NCBI GenBank assembly: GCA_016840405.1
Contig: JAEOSK010000002.1
Coordinates: 1 to 64,000 of the forward strand
Direction of reading: 5' to 3'
DNA from: Candidatus Hermodarchaeum yapensis
GTDB lineage: Archaea > Asgardarchaeota > Hermodarchaeia > Hermodarchaeales > Hermodarchaeaceae
Length of the DNA stretch: 64,000 nt
In this document: piece by piece, positions 40,195 through 49,424 of the stretch
Numbering within the stretch: the stretch's first letter is position 1
Layout: the number at the start of each line of letters is the position of its first letter
Translations under genes and position numbers: made by a program
Notes under the pieces: model-generated
Databases searched by the model: none
Seen by the model: only the letters and a program-made list of their open reading frames with translations
What the model was told of the DNA's origin: nothing

Positions 40195-40359
40195 TTATTT
40201 TAATTTATTGCGGTGGGGTTCGGCGTAAAAGTTCATGACGCAGCAGAAAGGGTGAAAGGTTTCAGAATGGGTAACGCCTTCGGGGATGAAATAGGATTTC
40301 CCGGGATTCAACTCATGGGTCATGCCACTGATGGTGAGTGTAAAGGAGCCTTCGACGGT
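40195..40359 (-). pseudogene. Cupin-domain remnant
   Basis: My translation TVEGSFTLTISGMTHELNPGKSYFIPEGVTHS matches cupin motif 2; an in-frame TGA lies directly upstream. Confidence 0.65.
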
Positions 40360-40545
40360 TCACGGGGCCCCCAGCTCACTTGCTGGAATCAGTATCAACG
40401 TCGTGTCTGGAAGAACGGTTAAGGAGAAAGAATTCAATTTTATTTATGGGATTGGAAAAGAGTGATGAACCGTACTGATAACGTGGTGATCGCACTGTTC
40501 ATTTCTGGCGTGTGTGTTGCGGTGGAGAATCACCATCAAACGGCT

Positions 40546-40618
40546 GAAAATATTCCTCAGGTGCAAGAATATACCTCAGGAAAATATACCTGAGTGGTTA
40601 TTGAAATGTTTCTTATTT
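40546..40618. promoter_or_regulatory. Repeated operator-like motif CTCAGG-AAAATATA-CCTGAG
   Basis: Three tandem AATAT(A/T)CCT(C/G)AG units; 40577-40618 resembles 33805-33846. Confidence 0.55.
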
Positions 40619-40705
40619 CCATCACTCAATCACAAAGCATAATAAGCCAAAATTGGAAGCCAAGCCAGAGACAACACCTAGATTTCCATTCGGAGACGAC
40701 TTAAC

Positions 40706-41392
40706 GTGACTTATGCGTACGCCTATCGGCCCTTGAGGCCGTATATGACATATACGCTCATTCTCCTTAATACCTTCATTCATCTCATGCAATACGTCAT
40801 ACCAATGATAACCACAGTCTTTACCATGGTTCCCGCTAATATCATTGTGGGTCAAGCACTCATCACGTTGGTAACGAGTACTTTCCTTCATGCCGATTTT
40901 TTCCATCTTTTTATTAACATGTACTTTCTCTTCATCTTCGGAACCGTGGTCGAGGGAGAAATGCATCCTTTCTCCTACTTTGCTCTCTATCTCGTAGCCG
41001 GAATCTTCGGAAGCCTCGGACACGTCCTCATTACTGCAACTTTGGGAGTTATCTTTGATCCAATGGGTATTGGTATTGGTATTCCCGCTCTCGGTGCCTC
41101 TGGTGCCATTTTTGGTGTCATGGCGGCGTACGCCTACCTCCTCCCACGTCGTCCTCTTGGGGTCTATAGGGATGGTGGACGAACCACAGCCGCCTGGAGT
41201 ATTATCATCATCTATTTCTTCCTTGAACTCTTCCAGATGTTTCTCTCATTCGGAAGTGGCGTAGCCCATGGAGCTCATGTTTTCGGTTTTGTTGGGGGAT
41301 TCATCTTCGCTCTTTTCTATCGGTTTATTCGCATTCAAATGAATAAACGGAGACCTGAAGTCCAATATGATCCCTACGAATACTATGTGTGA
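40706..41392 (+). CDS. Rhomboid intramembrane serine protease
   Basis: FLHADFFHLFINM, GASGAIFG and AHGAHVFG motifs. Confidence 0.93.
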   Translation: MTYAYAYRPLRPYMTYTLILLNTFIHLMQYVIPMITTVFTMVPANIIVGQALITLVTSTFLHADFFHLFINMYFLFIFGTVVEGEMHPFSYFALYLVAGIFGSLGHVLITATLGVIFDPMGIGIGIPALGASGAIFGVMAAYAYLLPRRPLGVYRDGGRTTAAWSIIIIYFFLELFQMFLSFGSGVAHGAHVFGFVGGFIFALFYRFIRIQMNKRRPEVQYDPYEYYV

Positions 41393-42081
41393 TTGAAGAA
41401 AAGAGAACGATGAAGTTGAGTAGCACGGTGGCTTTAATCCCTGTCCGTTTTCTTCCTGAAGCAAAACACCGTCTCGCAGAAAATTGGGATACAACAAGCC
41501 GTAGAACGCTTGTTCAAGCCATGCTTGCAGATGTTCTCAAAGCCTTAGAGTTTTCAAAAGCAATTGGTCAGCGTATAATCGTAACCGGCGATGATAACTT
41601 CTCCCCTATATATTCTCAAAATAACGTTGAAACATATAGAAGTACAGTTAAAGGACTTAATTCTGAGCTCATGGCCTACATTCAACTTCTGACAGAAAAT
41701 GGAGTTAAAGATGTCGTCATTATCTTGGCAGACTTACCATTACTCACCGATGTTGCATTGGACGAAATCGTTACGATTGGGAAGCGTACTCAAAGACCTG
41801 TGATTGCCCAAGACTGGAAAGGCACGGGAACAAACATTCTCTTCAGCCTCCTCCCACTTCCCATTGAATTATGCTTTGGAAATCAGAGTCTTCAAAACTT
41901 TAGAACTAGATTAGAAGAAGCGAATCTGATACCCATCATCTATCATTCAGTTGAATCCGCATTAGACATCGATGATGACTTAGCAATCGAACGATTCTTG
42001 TTCCTTTCTCGCCTTGACAAGAAACGACAACAAACACACACCTATCGTCTATTAGACCGTGAAGAAAAAAAGAGGAAGTAA
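41389..42081 (+). CDS. cofC: 2-phospho-L-lactate guanylyltransferase
   Basis: LIPV....AKHRL, AMLADV, GLN, ADLPLL, GTGTN and LDID motifs. Confidence 0.85.
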   Translation: MIEEKRTMKLSSTVALIPVRFLPEAKHRLAENWDTTSRRTLVQAMLADVLKALEFSKAIGQRIIVTGDDNFSPIYSQNNVETYRSTVKGLNSELMAYIQLLTENGVKDVVIILADLPLLTDVALDEIVTIGKRTQRPVIAQDWKGTGTNILFSLLPLPIELCFGNQSLQNFRTRLEEANLIPIIYHSVESALDIDDDLAIERFLFLSRLDKKRQQTHTYRLLDREEKKRK

Positions 42082-42105
42082 AGCAACGAAGATCAATTCG
42101 TCGCT

Positions 42106-43479
42106 TTACGAGGTTTTTGGTTTCACTGAAGTATCATATTTTGAAAAGTCTGGATCAATGTCAGTGAATTGAAGTACAAGTACAGCAAACACAAGGAAGA
42201 TTGCATACACTGGGCCCCACCAGAAAAATCCGAAGTTAACAGGAGGAGGTCCTGGATCGACCTGTAACACAAATAGGAACCAACCAAGAAACGTGGTTCC
42301 AACAGCTTGGAAAGCATTCAATGGCACTCCCTGAAATCCTTCATAGATTCCGGCTCGAGCTTCACCGGTTTCGAGTTCATTTTTGTGGGCAATATCGGCA
42401 AGAACGACATAACGCATCACATAAGTGACTGCGATACAACATGCCAGAGGAATGGCAAAGATAAGCACTTGATATACTACTGGTCCAAACATTGGTAGGC
42501 CTAGTACAGCTGTGAATGGTAGAATCGCGGCTAGAATTAGCAGTGCAGCCCTAAGGATACCTTTCTTGCTGAAGCGTTTGAATAGGAATGACAGAACAAA
42601 TGGAAAAGTCATGATGATGACAAGGAACGCAATCATGGGTACCATCAATTCTGCTAATCCAAGGCCCAACCCACTCTCAAGCATTAGCATAATGATTTGT
42701 GTAATTGTGATAATTGTAAAGGACCAGAATCCAACCACAAAAATCCATTTCACAAAATTGCGATTCTTGAGGACAGTTTTTGTTTCGGCAGCAATTGATC
42801 GTTCTATCACTTTTATTCCAGGACGTTCTCGTACAAAGAGCATAGCAGGTATGTATAATACAAAACACAGGAGACAGATGGTTACTAGGATACCTAATCC
42901 TATTGGAGTGAGTATACCAATTCCTGCGATGAATAGAAGGCTTGGGAGAAAACCTAGGACTATGCCCACTCCAGTGCCAATCCAAGTTGCTGTATTTTCC
43001 ATTGCTGCAACATTAGGTCGTTCATCGGGATCAGCAATCTCTGGAAGCCATGCTTGATAGGCGGTTACTAGAAAGGCATAGAAGAATTTGAATAAGGCTA
43101 ACGTCGTGAGATAATACGCAAAGTTGATGGCTTGCCAAGCTGGATCGCCTGGAGGGTTCGGGGAGGGTGGAATGAACCAATGGGGAATGAAGATAAGGAA
43201 TGCCGTGATGGCTAAGGCTGGTGCTCCAATCATGATGTAGGGGCGACGTCTACCAAAACGGCTTTTTGTTCTGTCACTTGCATATCCCATGAACCAGTGG
43301 CTGAGTCCAACAACGATAAATCCAAAGGCAGCTGCTAGCCCTGCGTAGAGTGGATTGAGTAGGAAATAGGCATAATAGACGTTTAATCCGGCGAAATCAA
43401 CGAAGGTCAATAGCAACGAAGAACCTGTACGTCCCATGCTATAGGAGACACGCTTTGGAATTGATAACAAGACATTCAC
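42106..43479 (-). CDS. MFS (GPH family) transporter
   Basis: GYASDRTKSRFGRRRPY and TGEARAGIYEG motifs; about 12 TM. Confidence 0.9.
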   Translation of the reverse strand: MNVLLSIPKRVSYSMGRTGSSLLLTFVDFAGLNVYYAYFLLNPLYAGLAAAFGFIVVGLSHWFMGYASDRTKSRFGRRRPYIMIGAPALAITAFLIFIPHWFIPPSPNPPGDPAWQAINFAYYLTTLALFKFFYAFLVTAYQAWLPEIADPDERPNVAAMENTATWIGTGVGIVLGFLPSLLFIAGIGILTPIGLGILVTICLLCFVLYIPAMLFVRERPGIKVIERSIAAETKTVLKNRNFVKWIFVVGFWSFTIITITQIIMLMLESGLGLGLAELMVPMIAFLVIIMTFPFVLSFLFKRFSKKGILRAALLILAAILPFTAVLGLPMFGPVVYQVLIFAIPLACCIAVTYVMRYVVLADIAHKNELETGEARAGIYEGFQGVPLNAFQAVGTTFLGWFLFVLQVDPGPPPVNFGFFWWGPVYAIFLVFAVLVLQFTDIDPDFSKYDTSVKPKTS

Positions 43480-43682
43480 ACATCCTAAAGAGATTCAGGA
43501 CAAGTCATACTAGCTGGAAAGTTCCATTTAAGATGCCACCCTTTACTTAGGCGAATACTTAACCATCAGTGAGTGAGACACGGAAAATCAATACGTTTAT
43601 TAGGTGGCTAGAAGGTCGTGGTTGCAGTTAGAGCGGGTGAGCAATAGCTACACGTCGTCTACATAAAACCACACTGAGGATT

Positions 43683-46397
43683 ATGACTATGACAGCGAAA
43701 TGGGTATATCTGTTCAGTGAAGGCAAAAAAGAAATGCGTGACCTCCTCGGCGGAAAAGGCGCAAATATTGCTGAAATGACCAATGCTGGGCTTCCTGTCC
43801 CTCCTGGATTTACGATCACAACTGAGGCATGTATAGCCTACTTTGCGAATAAGAAGCAATTCCCTGAAGGCATGTGGGAACAAGTATTGAACGCAATTGA
43901 GGTTTTAGAGAAGCATAGTGGGAAGAAACTGGGTGATCCAAAAAACCCCTTACTGGTTTCAGCACGTTCGGGTGCTCGAGTATCAATGCCCGGCATGATG
44001 GACACTGTTCTCAACATCGGATTCAACCCAAAGGTCTTGAAAGGATATGCTGAATTAACCGGTAATGAACGTGTCGCGTGGGATGCCTACCGTCGACTAG
44101 TCCAAATGTTTGGTAACATCGTAAAAGAGATTGATCGGCACAAGTTTGAAGTCATTCTTGATAAATACAAGGCGCAAACGATAGGTGGGCGGGATACAGA
44201 TCTCACAGTGAATATGCTCAAAGGCGTGGTTAAAGACTTCAAAGCACTATATGAGTATGAATTAGGGGAGAAGTTCCCAGATGACCCTCTTGAACAAATC
44301 CGTCAAGCCATCGCCGCGGTATTCAACTCCTGGTTCGGTGCTCCGGCAACCACTTATCGGAAAGCAGAAGGAATCCCCGAAGATTGGGGTACTGCAGTCA
44401 ATATTCAGACCATGGTGTTTGGTAACATGGGAGAAACCAGTGGCACAGGAGTCGCTTTCACGCGAAATCCTGCTACTGGCGAAAAGGAAGTATGGGGAGA
44501 ATACTTACTTAATGCCCAAGGTGAAGATGTCGTAGCTGGGATTCGAACACCCAAACCAATCTCTCAATTGCAGGGTGAAATGCCAGCGGTCTATAAGGAA
44601 TTCCTTAAAATCTCTGATCGGCTTGAACGTCATTATCATGACATGCAAGACATGGAATTCACTATAGAACGTACAAAATTATGGATGCTTCAAACCCGTA
44701 CAGGAAAACGGACAGCCCTAGCTGCAGTGAAAATCGCAGTGGATATGGTCAACGAGGGCCTTATAACAAAAGAGGAAGCTCTTCTGCGAGTTGACCCCAA
44801 TCAAATTGATCAATTCTTACACCCGCGGTTCGATCCTGTTGAGGTTGAAAAAGCAAAATTTGATGGAAGGTTGTTAGCTACTGGACTGAACGCATCACCT
44901 GGAGCCGCTACAGGCATCGCAATATTCGATGCCGATTTAGCTGAGGAAAAAGGTCAGGGAGGAGCGACTGTTATTCTTGTCCGCCCTGAAACCAATCCCG
45001 ATGATGTTCACGGAATGATTGAGTCCCAAGGAATCCTTACCCAGCGAGGTGGAATGACTTCACATGCCGCTGTTGTAGCACGGGGTTGGGGCAAAGCTTG
45101 CGTAGCAGGATGTGAAACTATCTCAATCGACCTAGATGCAAGGGCATTTCGAGTAGGCGACAAAGTCATTCGGGAAGGCGATTTCATATCTATTGATGGA
45201 TCAACAGGTGCTGTATTTGAAGGAAAAATCCCAACCATCGAGGCTAGTTTTGATGAAGAAAGTGACCTAGTAACTCTGCTTACATGGGCTGATGAAGTCC
45301 GCAAATTGGGTGTATGGACCAATGCTGACACACCAAATGATGCAGCACGAGCCCGTAGTTTTGGAGCAGAAGGTATCGGGCTTTGTCGAACTGAACATAT
45401 GTTCTTCGAAGAAGAACGGCGTCCAATCGTCGTGAAGATGATTATGTCTGATGACGAAACGGAACGACGGAAATTACTCAAGAAACTTCTTCCCTTCCAA
45501 CGTGAGGACTTTGAAGGCATCTTCAAGGCCATGGACGGATTACCCGTTATCATCCGGCTAATTGATCCACCGATGCATGAATTCCTTCCAACAAAGGACG
45601 AACTTGGGGAAGAAATTTGTCAACTCAAATTGGCGCTCAATAGCAATCCAACTCAAGTTAAACGAAAACGGTTAGAAAAGAAACTAGCTGAAGTAGAAGC
45701 CCTCCTAACCATTGTAGAATCTATGTGGGAAGTCAATCCTATGATGGGGCTTCGTGGATGCCGGGCAGGCATCATGTATCCCGGCCTGACAGAAATGCAG
45801 GTTCGTGCTATCTTCGAGGCTGCCTGCAATGTTGTCAAAGAAGGTGTCAAAGTCTATCCTGAAGTAATGATTCCCCTAGTCAGTCATGTTAATGAGCTAC
45901 GCCTCGAACGTGAGAAACTCGAAGGTGTCGCAAAAAGGGTTATGAAAGAGAAGAATTGTAAATTCGACTACAAATTTGGCCTAATGATAGAAACACCTCG
46001 TGCAGCCCTAACGGCCGATATCGTAGCTGAATCTGCTGATTTCTTTTCCTTTGGTACAAATGACCTAACTCAGATGACCTACGGTGTGAGCCGAGACGAC
46101 GCTGAAGGCAAATTCCTCCGACGATATGTTGACAAAAATATCTTACCGAACAATCCCTTCGAAATTCTTGACCGAGAAGGCGTGGGCGAACTCATGCGAA
46201 TCGCCATCCAAAAAGGTCGCGCAACAAATCGCAAACTCGAAATCGGAGGATGCGGTGAACACTTCGGAGAACCACACTCAATCGAGTTCTCACATATTGT
46301 TGGATTGAATTATGTCAGTGCATCACCCTTCCGTGTGCCAATCGCTCGATTAGCTGCCGCACAAGCCGCTCTTCAACATAAATATGGATTGAAATAA
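43683..46397 (+). CDS. ppdK: Pyruvate, phosphate dikinase
   Basis: LLGGKGAN, SMPGMMDT, GGMTSHAAVVAR, GIGLCRTEHMF and FSFGTNDLTQ motifs. Confidence 0.97.
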   Translation: MTMTAKWVYLFSEGKKEMRDLLGGKGANIAEMTNAGLPVPPGFTITTEACIAYFANKKQFPEGMWEQVLNAIEVLEKHSGKKLGDPKNPLLVSARSGARVSMPGMMDTVLNIGFNPKVLKGYAELTGNERVAWDAYRRLVQMFGNIVKEIDRHKFEVILDKYKAQTIGGRDTDLTVNMLKGVVKDFKALYEYELGEKFPDDPLEQIRQAIAAVFNSWFGAPATTYRKAEGIPEDWGTAVNIQTMVFGNMGETSGTGVAFTRNPATGEKEVWGEYLLNAQGEDVVAGIRTPKPISQLQGEMPAVYKEFLKISDRLERHYHDMQDMEFTIERTKLWMLQTRTGKRTALAAVKIAVDMVNEGLITKEEALLRVDPNQIDQFLHPRFDPVEVEKAKFDGRLLATGLNASPGAATGIAIFDADLAEEKGQGGATVILVRPETNPDDVHGMIESQGILTQRGGMTSHAAVVARGWGKACVAGCETISIDLDARAFRVGDKVIREGDFISIDGSTGAVFEGKIPTIEASFDEESDLVTLLTWADEVRKLGVWTNADTPNDAARARSFGAEGIGLCRTEHMFFEEERRPIVVKMIMSDDETERRKLLKKLLPFQREDFEGIFKAMDGLPVIIRLIDPPMHEFLPTKDELGEEICQLKLALNSNPTQVKRKRLEKKLAEVEALLTIVESMWEVNPMMGLRGCRAGIMYPGLTEMQVRAIFEAACNVVKEGVKVYPEVMIPLVSHVNELRLEREKLEGVAKRVMKEKNCKFDYKFGLMIETPRAALTADIVAESADFFSFGTNDLTQMTYGVSRDDAEGKFLRRYVDKNILPNNPFEILDREGVGELMRIAIQKGRATNRKLEIGGCGEHFGEPHSIEFSHIVGLNYVSASPFRVPIARLAAAQAALQHKYGLK

Positions 46398-46417
46398 CGC
46401 AAACGAAGTGAAACTCC

Positions 46418-47239
46418 GTGGATTCAAATCCACCACACATTCGACCAATGCGTGAAGAAGATTGGAGCTCATTGGACCAACTAGAAGCTGAAATATTTCC
46501 TGAAGACCGATTAAATGAGAAAGACTTTCAGCGCATACTAGTCACTCAACGTATGTTCGCCCTCGAATCAGAATCAAATCAGCTTATTGGCTACCTCTAT
46601 GTAGCTCCATTTGGAGACGACACCGGAATAATTGGACGTATTGGTGTCACAAAAAAACAGCAGAAAAAAGGACTAGGCAGTCAACTCATGCAATACGCTC
46701 TAAACTGGTTCCAAGAACATGGAGGAATTCGCAAAGTCATACTCAATACCCAAGACTTCAACATGGCCGCTCAAAAACTCTATACAAAATTCGGCTTTCG
46801 CACCGTAGGAACCACCTGGCACTACTTTGTACCCTTTAATACAATCCAACCTCAAGGTCGATATACATGCCAGGAAATCAGTAGCAAGGAAATTGACTCC
46901 ATAAGCACAATTTATCCCGAAACGATGCCAGCTAGCCAGATTCATAGGTGGCTCGAAAATGATCTCTTTGTATTTACTCTTAAAACAACAACAAAGAAGA
47001 TTATTGGTGCTTGTCGGTTCACACCAGACTTCCCAGGAGCTTATCCATTTAATTTAGAAGTCATTGAAGCGTTTGATGATTTCATTGAAGGAATTCGTGC
47101 CTTCAGTCTACCTTCTTATGATTATGTACGTGTCACCTTCGAAGATAATTTAGAGCTTGCGAAATTAATGGCGCATCGGAAGTACAAACTTCATCATCGA
47201 CTGTTTAAAATGGAATTGAACCTAGCTAAAAAAGAGTAG
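46418..47239 (+). CDS. GNAT acetyltransferase
   Basis: QQKKGLGSQL and N.AAQKLY.KFGF motifs. Confidence 0.87.
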   Translation: MDSNPPHIRPMREEDWSSLDQLEAEIFPEDRLNEKDFQRILVTQRMFALESESNQLIGYLYVAPFGDDTGIIGRIGVTKKQQKKGLGSQLMQYALNWFQEHGGIRKVILNTQDFNMAAQKLYTKFGFRTVGTTWHYFVPFNTIQPQGRYTCQEISSKEIDSISTIYPETMPASQIHRWLENDLFVFTLKTTTKKIIGACRFTPDFPGAYPFNLEVIEAFDDFIEGIRAFSLPSYDYVRVTFEDNLELAKLMAHRKYKLHHRLFKMELNLAKKE

Positions 47240-47241
47240 AA

Positions 47242-47262
47242 AGTGGAGGCAGTGCCTCCACT
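47242..47262. terminator. Hairpin between convergent genes
   Basis: AGTGGAGGC-AGT-GCCTCCACT. Confidence 0.65.
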
Positions 47263-47269
47263 GCGAATT

Positions 47270-49153
47270 TTACTTCTGGTTGTTGCGTCGACGTCGTACA
47301 AGGAAAATGGCACCTAGACTGAGAAGTAGTCCAAGGGCGATAGCTTCGAGGGGGAATCCAGGAATTGGTGGGAATGGTGGTATTTCCGGTATTCCAACCG
47401 CGAAGACGCCATCTGAAATGTCTACTCCCGTCATGCCATAATCCATGGCTTGGACTCGAATGAGCGAGAGTGGACTAAATAGAAGACCTGTAACGTTCCA
47501 GCTTATGCTAGTATCTGTTAGTCCAGAGGCAATGGTTGACCATGAAGAACCGTTGTCAGGACTATACGAGACTGTATAACTATGGATGAGGTCGTTGTTT
47601 GGGTCGTACGCGGACCAAGAGATTGTTTCAACTCCAGTAGTATAGGTCTCGCCACCATTTGGAGAAAGGACTGTCACTACTGGAGCCCGGTTCTCACCTA
47701 GCCACTTGATCGTGTTCATGGCTAGAATATCATTGTCACTATCATAGTAGTTCATGTCCATATCACCATCCGCATCGCTGGAACTGTCGAAGGCATTGAA
47801 ATCAGTACCAATTACAATTCGTCCACGTTGATACTCTAAAGTCGCGAACACAGGAATCTCTGGAGCCGCTGTGTTGTTACTCCAATAGGATGTGCCATCA
47901 ATGTCAGTAATGATGACATCAACAGCCTCAGCTGGTTTTCTGACAATTGCATTACTCAAATAGAACTCGACTCTAGTTACACCTTGGGTAATCGGATGTG
48001 TGATGAGATTGCTATCTTCATAAGCAACCCAATAGGGTGTTGCCGCAATGTAATCATCAGTATCATTTAGAGAAACCAAATTCAATTCGAAATTAAACCC
48101 AAACTGTTCAGCGATTGGATCTACTTCAAAAGCATATGAACTATAATCCCCTATCAGAAGGAGACTACCACCTTGCGAAACGAAGTCTTCAATTATTGTC
48201 AATTCTCCACCAGTATAGACGTCATTGGGATAAGAGATTACTAAGACATCACTAGCATTCAGATAATCGCTTGTGAAGGTATCCATCTGAGAGACTGCAA
48301 ATCCTGCAGCCCGTAAATCTTCACGCCAACCCCAAAATTCCATGTCAATTTCATAGCCGTTTGAATGCGAATCATCAAAGACAACATGTCGATGAAGGCG
48401 AATGGCATTAGCAAGAATGGTTTCAAAGTTGGGTTCAACTGTGAAATAGTCATAACCGATCATAACGAAGTGGCCCTTACCGATCATATCATGCATAACG
48501 ACATAATCGCCAGCACTCACAACCTTCGTAATTGAGGTTGTTTCATCATAAGATACAGTCATGCTTTCCTCTGTCCACGACGCTGCCGCGCCTTGGCCAA
48601 GGGCGTCACTGGTATGTATCTTGTTCACCGTAACCCATCCAGGACCACCCGGGTCATACGCCGCGATGAAGCTGATAAACCCGGCAGACATCATGAGCCG
48701 TCCATTAACCCCAATCGCTCCAGATGGAGCAGAGTAACCATCACACGAAATGACAATGCCGCCTCTTTCAACGTAATCATGGAGAATGGGATCCCATGCC
48801 GCTCCAATCGTATCCATAGTAGTCATCGTACCCCATTCTTGCTCAGGAATCAAGAAGATATCATGGACCTTGAGAGCCTCTTCCAGATTATTCCAATCCG
48901 ACAGATTTGTCCAAGTGAAATCCGGGCCATAGGTGTTAGTAATGACATCACGGGTTCGAAAGACCTCACCACTACCGTTGTTATCTGCGAATTCTATATA
49001 TGCTAAGATGCTGGGACCGTCCGGTGAAGGAACCGGCGGAGCGAACGCAGTCGAAAGTGTCGATTCTGAGGCAGTCACTGGGAAACCAAGAGGTGTTAAT
49101 AAAACAAAGAATGAAGCTAGTAAAACAAAACAAAGGATTTTCGAAATTTTCAT
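47270..49153 (-). CDS. Surface protein with GldG/IFT52 (GIFT/DUF4350)-like domains, Ig domain and IPGF-TM-basic tail
   Basis: Probable ATG at 49153. VVFDDSH, DVLVISYP, FVSQGGSLLLIGD, GRIV, VLSPNGGE and PPIPGFP motifs. Confidence 0.78.
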   Translation of the reverse strand: MKISKILCFVLLASFFVLLTPLGFPVTASESTLSTAFAPPVPSPDGPSILAYIEFADNNGSGEVFRTRDVITNTYGPDFTWTNLSDWNNLEEALKVHDIFLIPEQEWGTMTTMDTIGAAWDPILHDYVERGGIVISCDGYSAPSGAIGVNGRLMMSAGFISFIAAYDPGGPGWVTVNKIHTSDALGQGAAASWTEESMTVSYDETTSITKVVSAGDYVVMHDMIGKGHFVMIGYDYFTVEPNFETILANAIRLHRHVVFDDSHSNGYEIDMEFWGWREDLRAAGFAVSQMDTFTSDYLNASDVLVISYPNDVYTGGELTIIEDFVSQGGSLLLIGDYSSYAFEVDPIAEQFGFNFELNLVSLNDTDDYIAATPYWVAYEDSNLITHPITQGVTRVEFYLSNAIVRKPAEAVDVIITDIDGTSYWSNNTAAPEIPVFATLEYQRGRIVIGTDFNAFDSSSDADGDMDMNYYDSDNDILAMNTIKWLGENRAPVVTVLSPNGGETYTTGVETISWSAYDPNNDLIHSYTVSYSPDNGSSWSTIASGLTDTSISWNVTGLLFSPLSLIRVQAMDYGMTGVDISDGVFAVGIPEIPPFPPIPGFPLEAIALGLLLSLGAIFLVRRRRNNQK

Positions 49154-49424
49154 ATTATATCCCCTAATGTTGACCTGCAAATGATGTGAAGCCTTCTCAA
49201 AGGTCGAAGAATCACAAACCTCCCATCAAAACCGCAAGTCAAACCTGCTTAATATGCACGGAACGAGGTTATTTAAACATAAGTGTAGGGTACCCGGAAC
49301 TAAACACCAATCAAATGCAGGTCTATTGAATAGTTGAGACTTCCAAATGGCGTTTAAGGGTATGCTTATAATGGCGTCTTAACATAGAGTCAGCAAATTT
49401 CCTTTTTTGGGAATTAATTGGTAG

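Noticed and set aside
40213-40422. 69-aa plus-strand ORF
   Set aside because: It is the antisense shadow of the cupin remnant.
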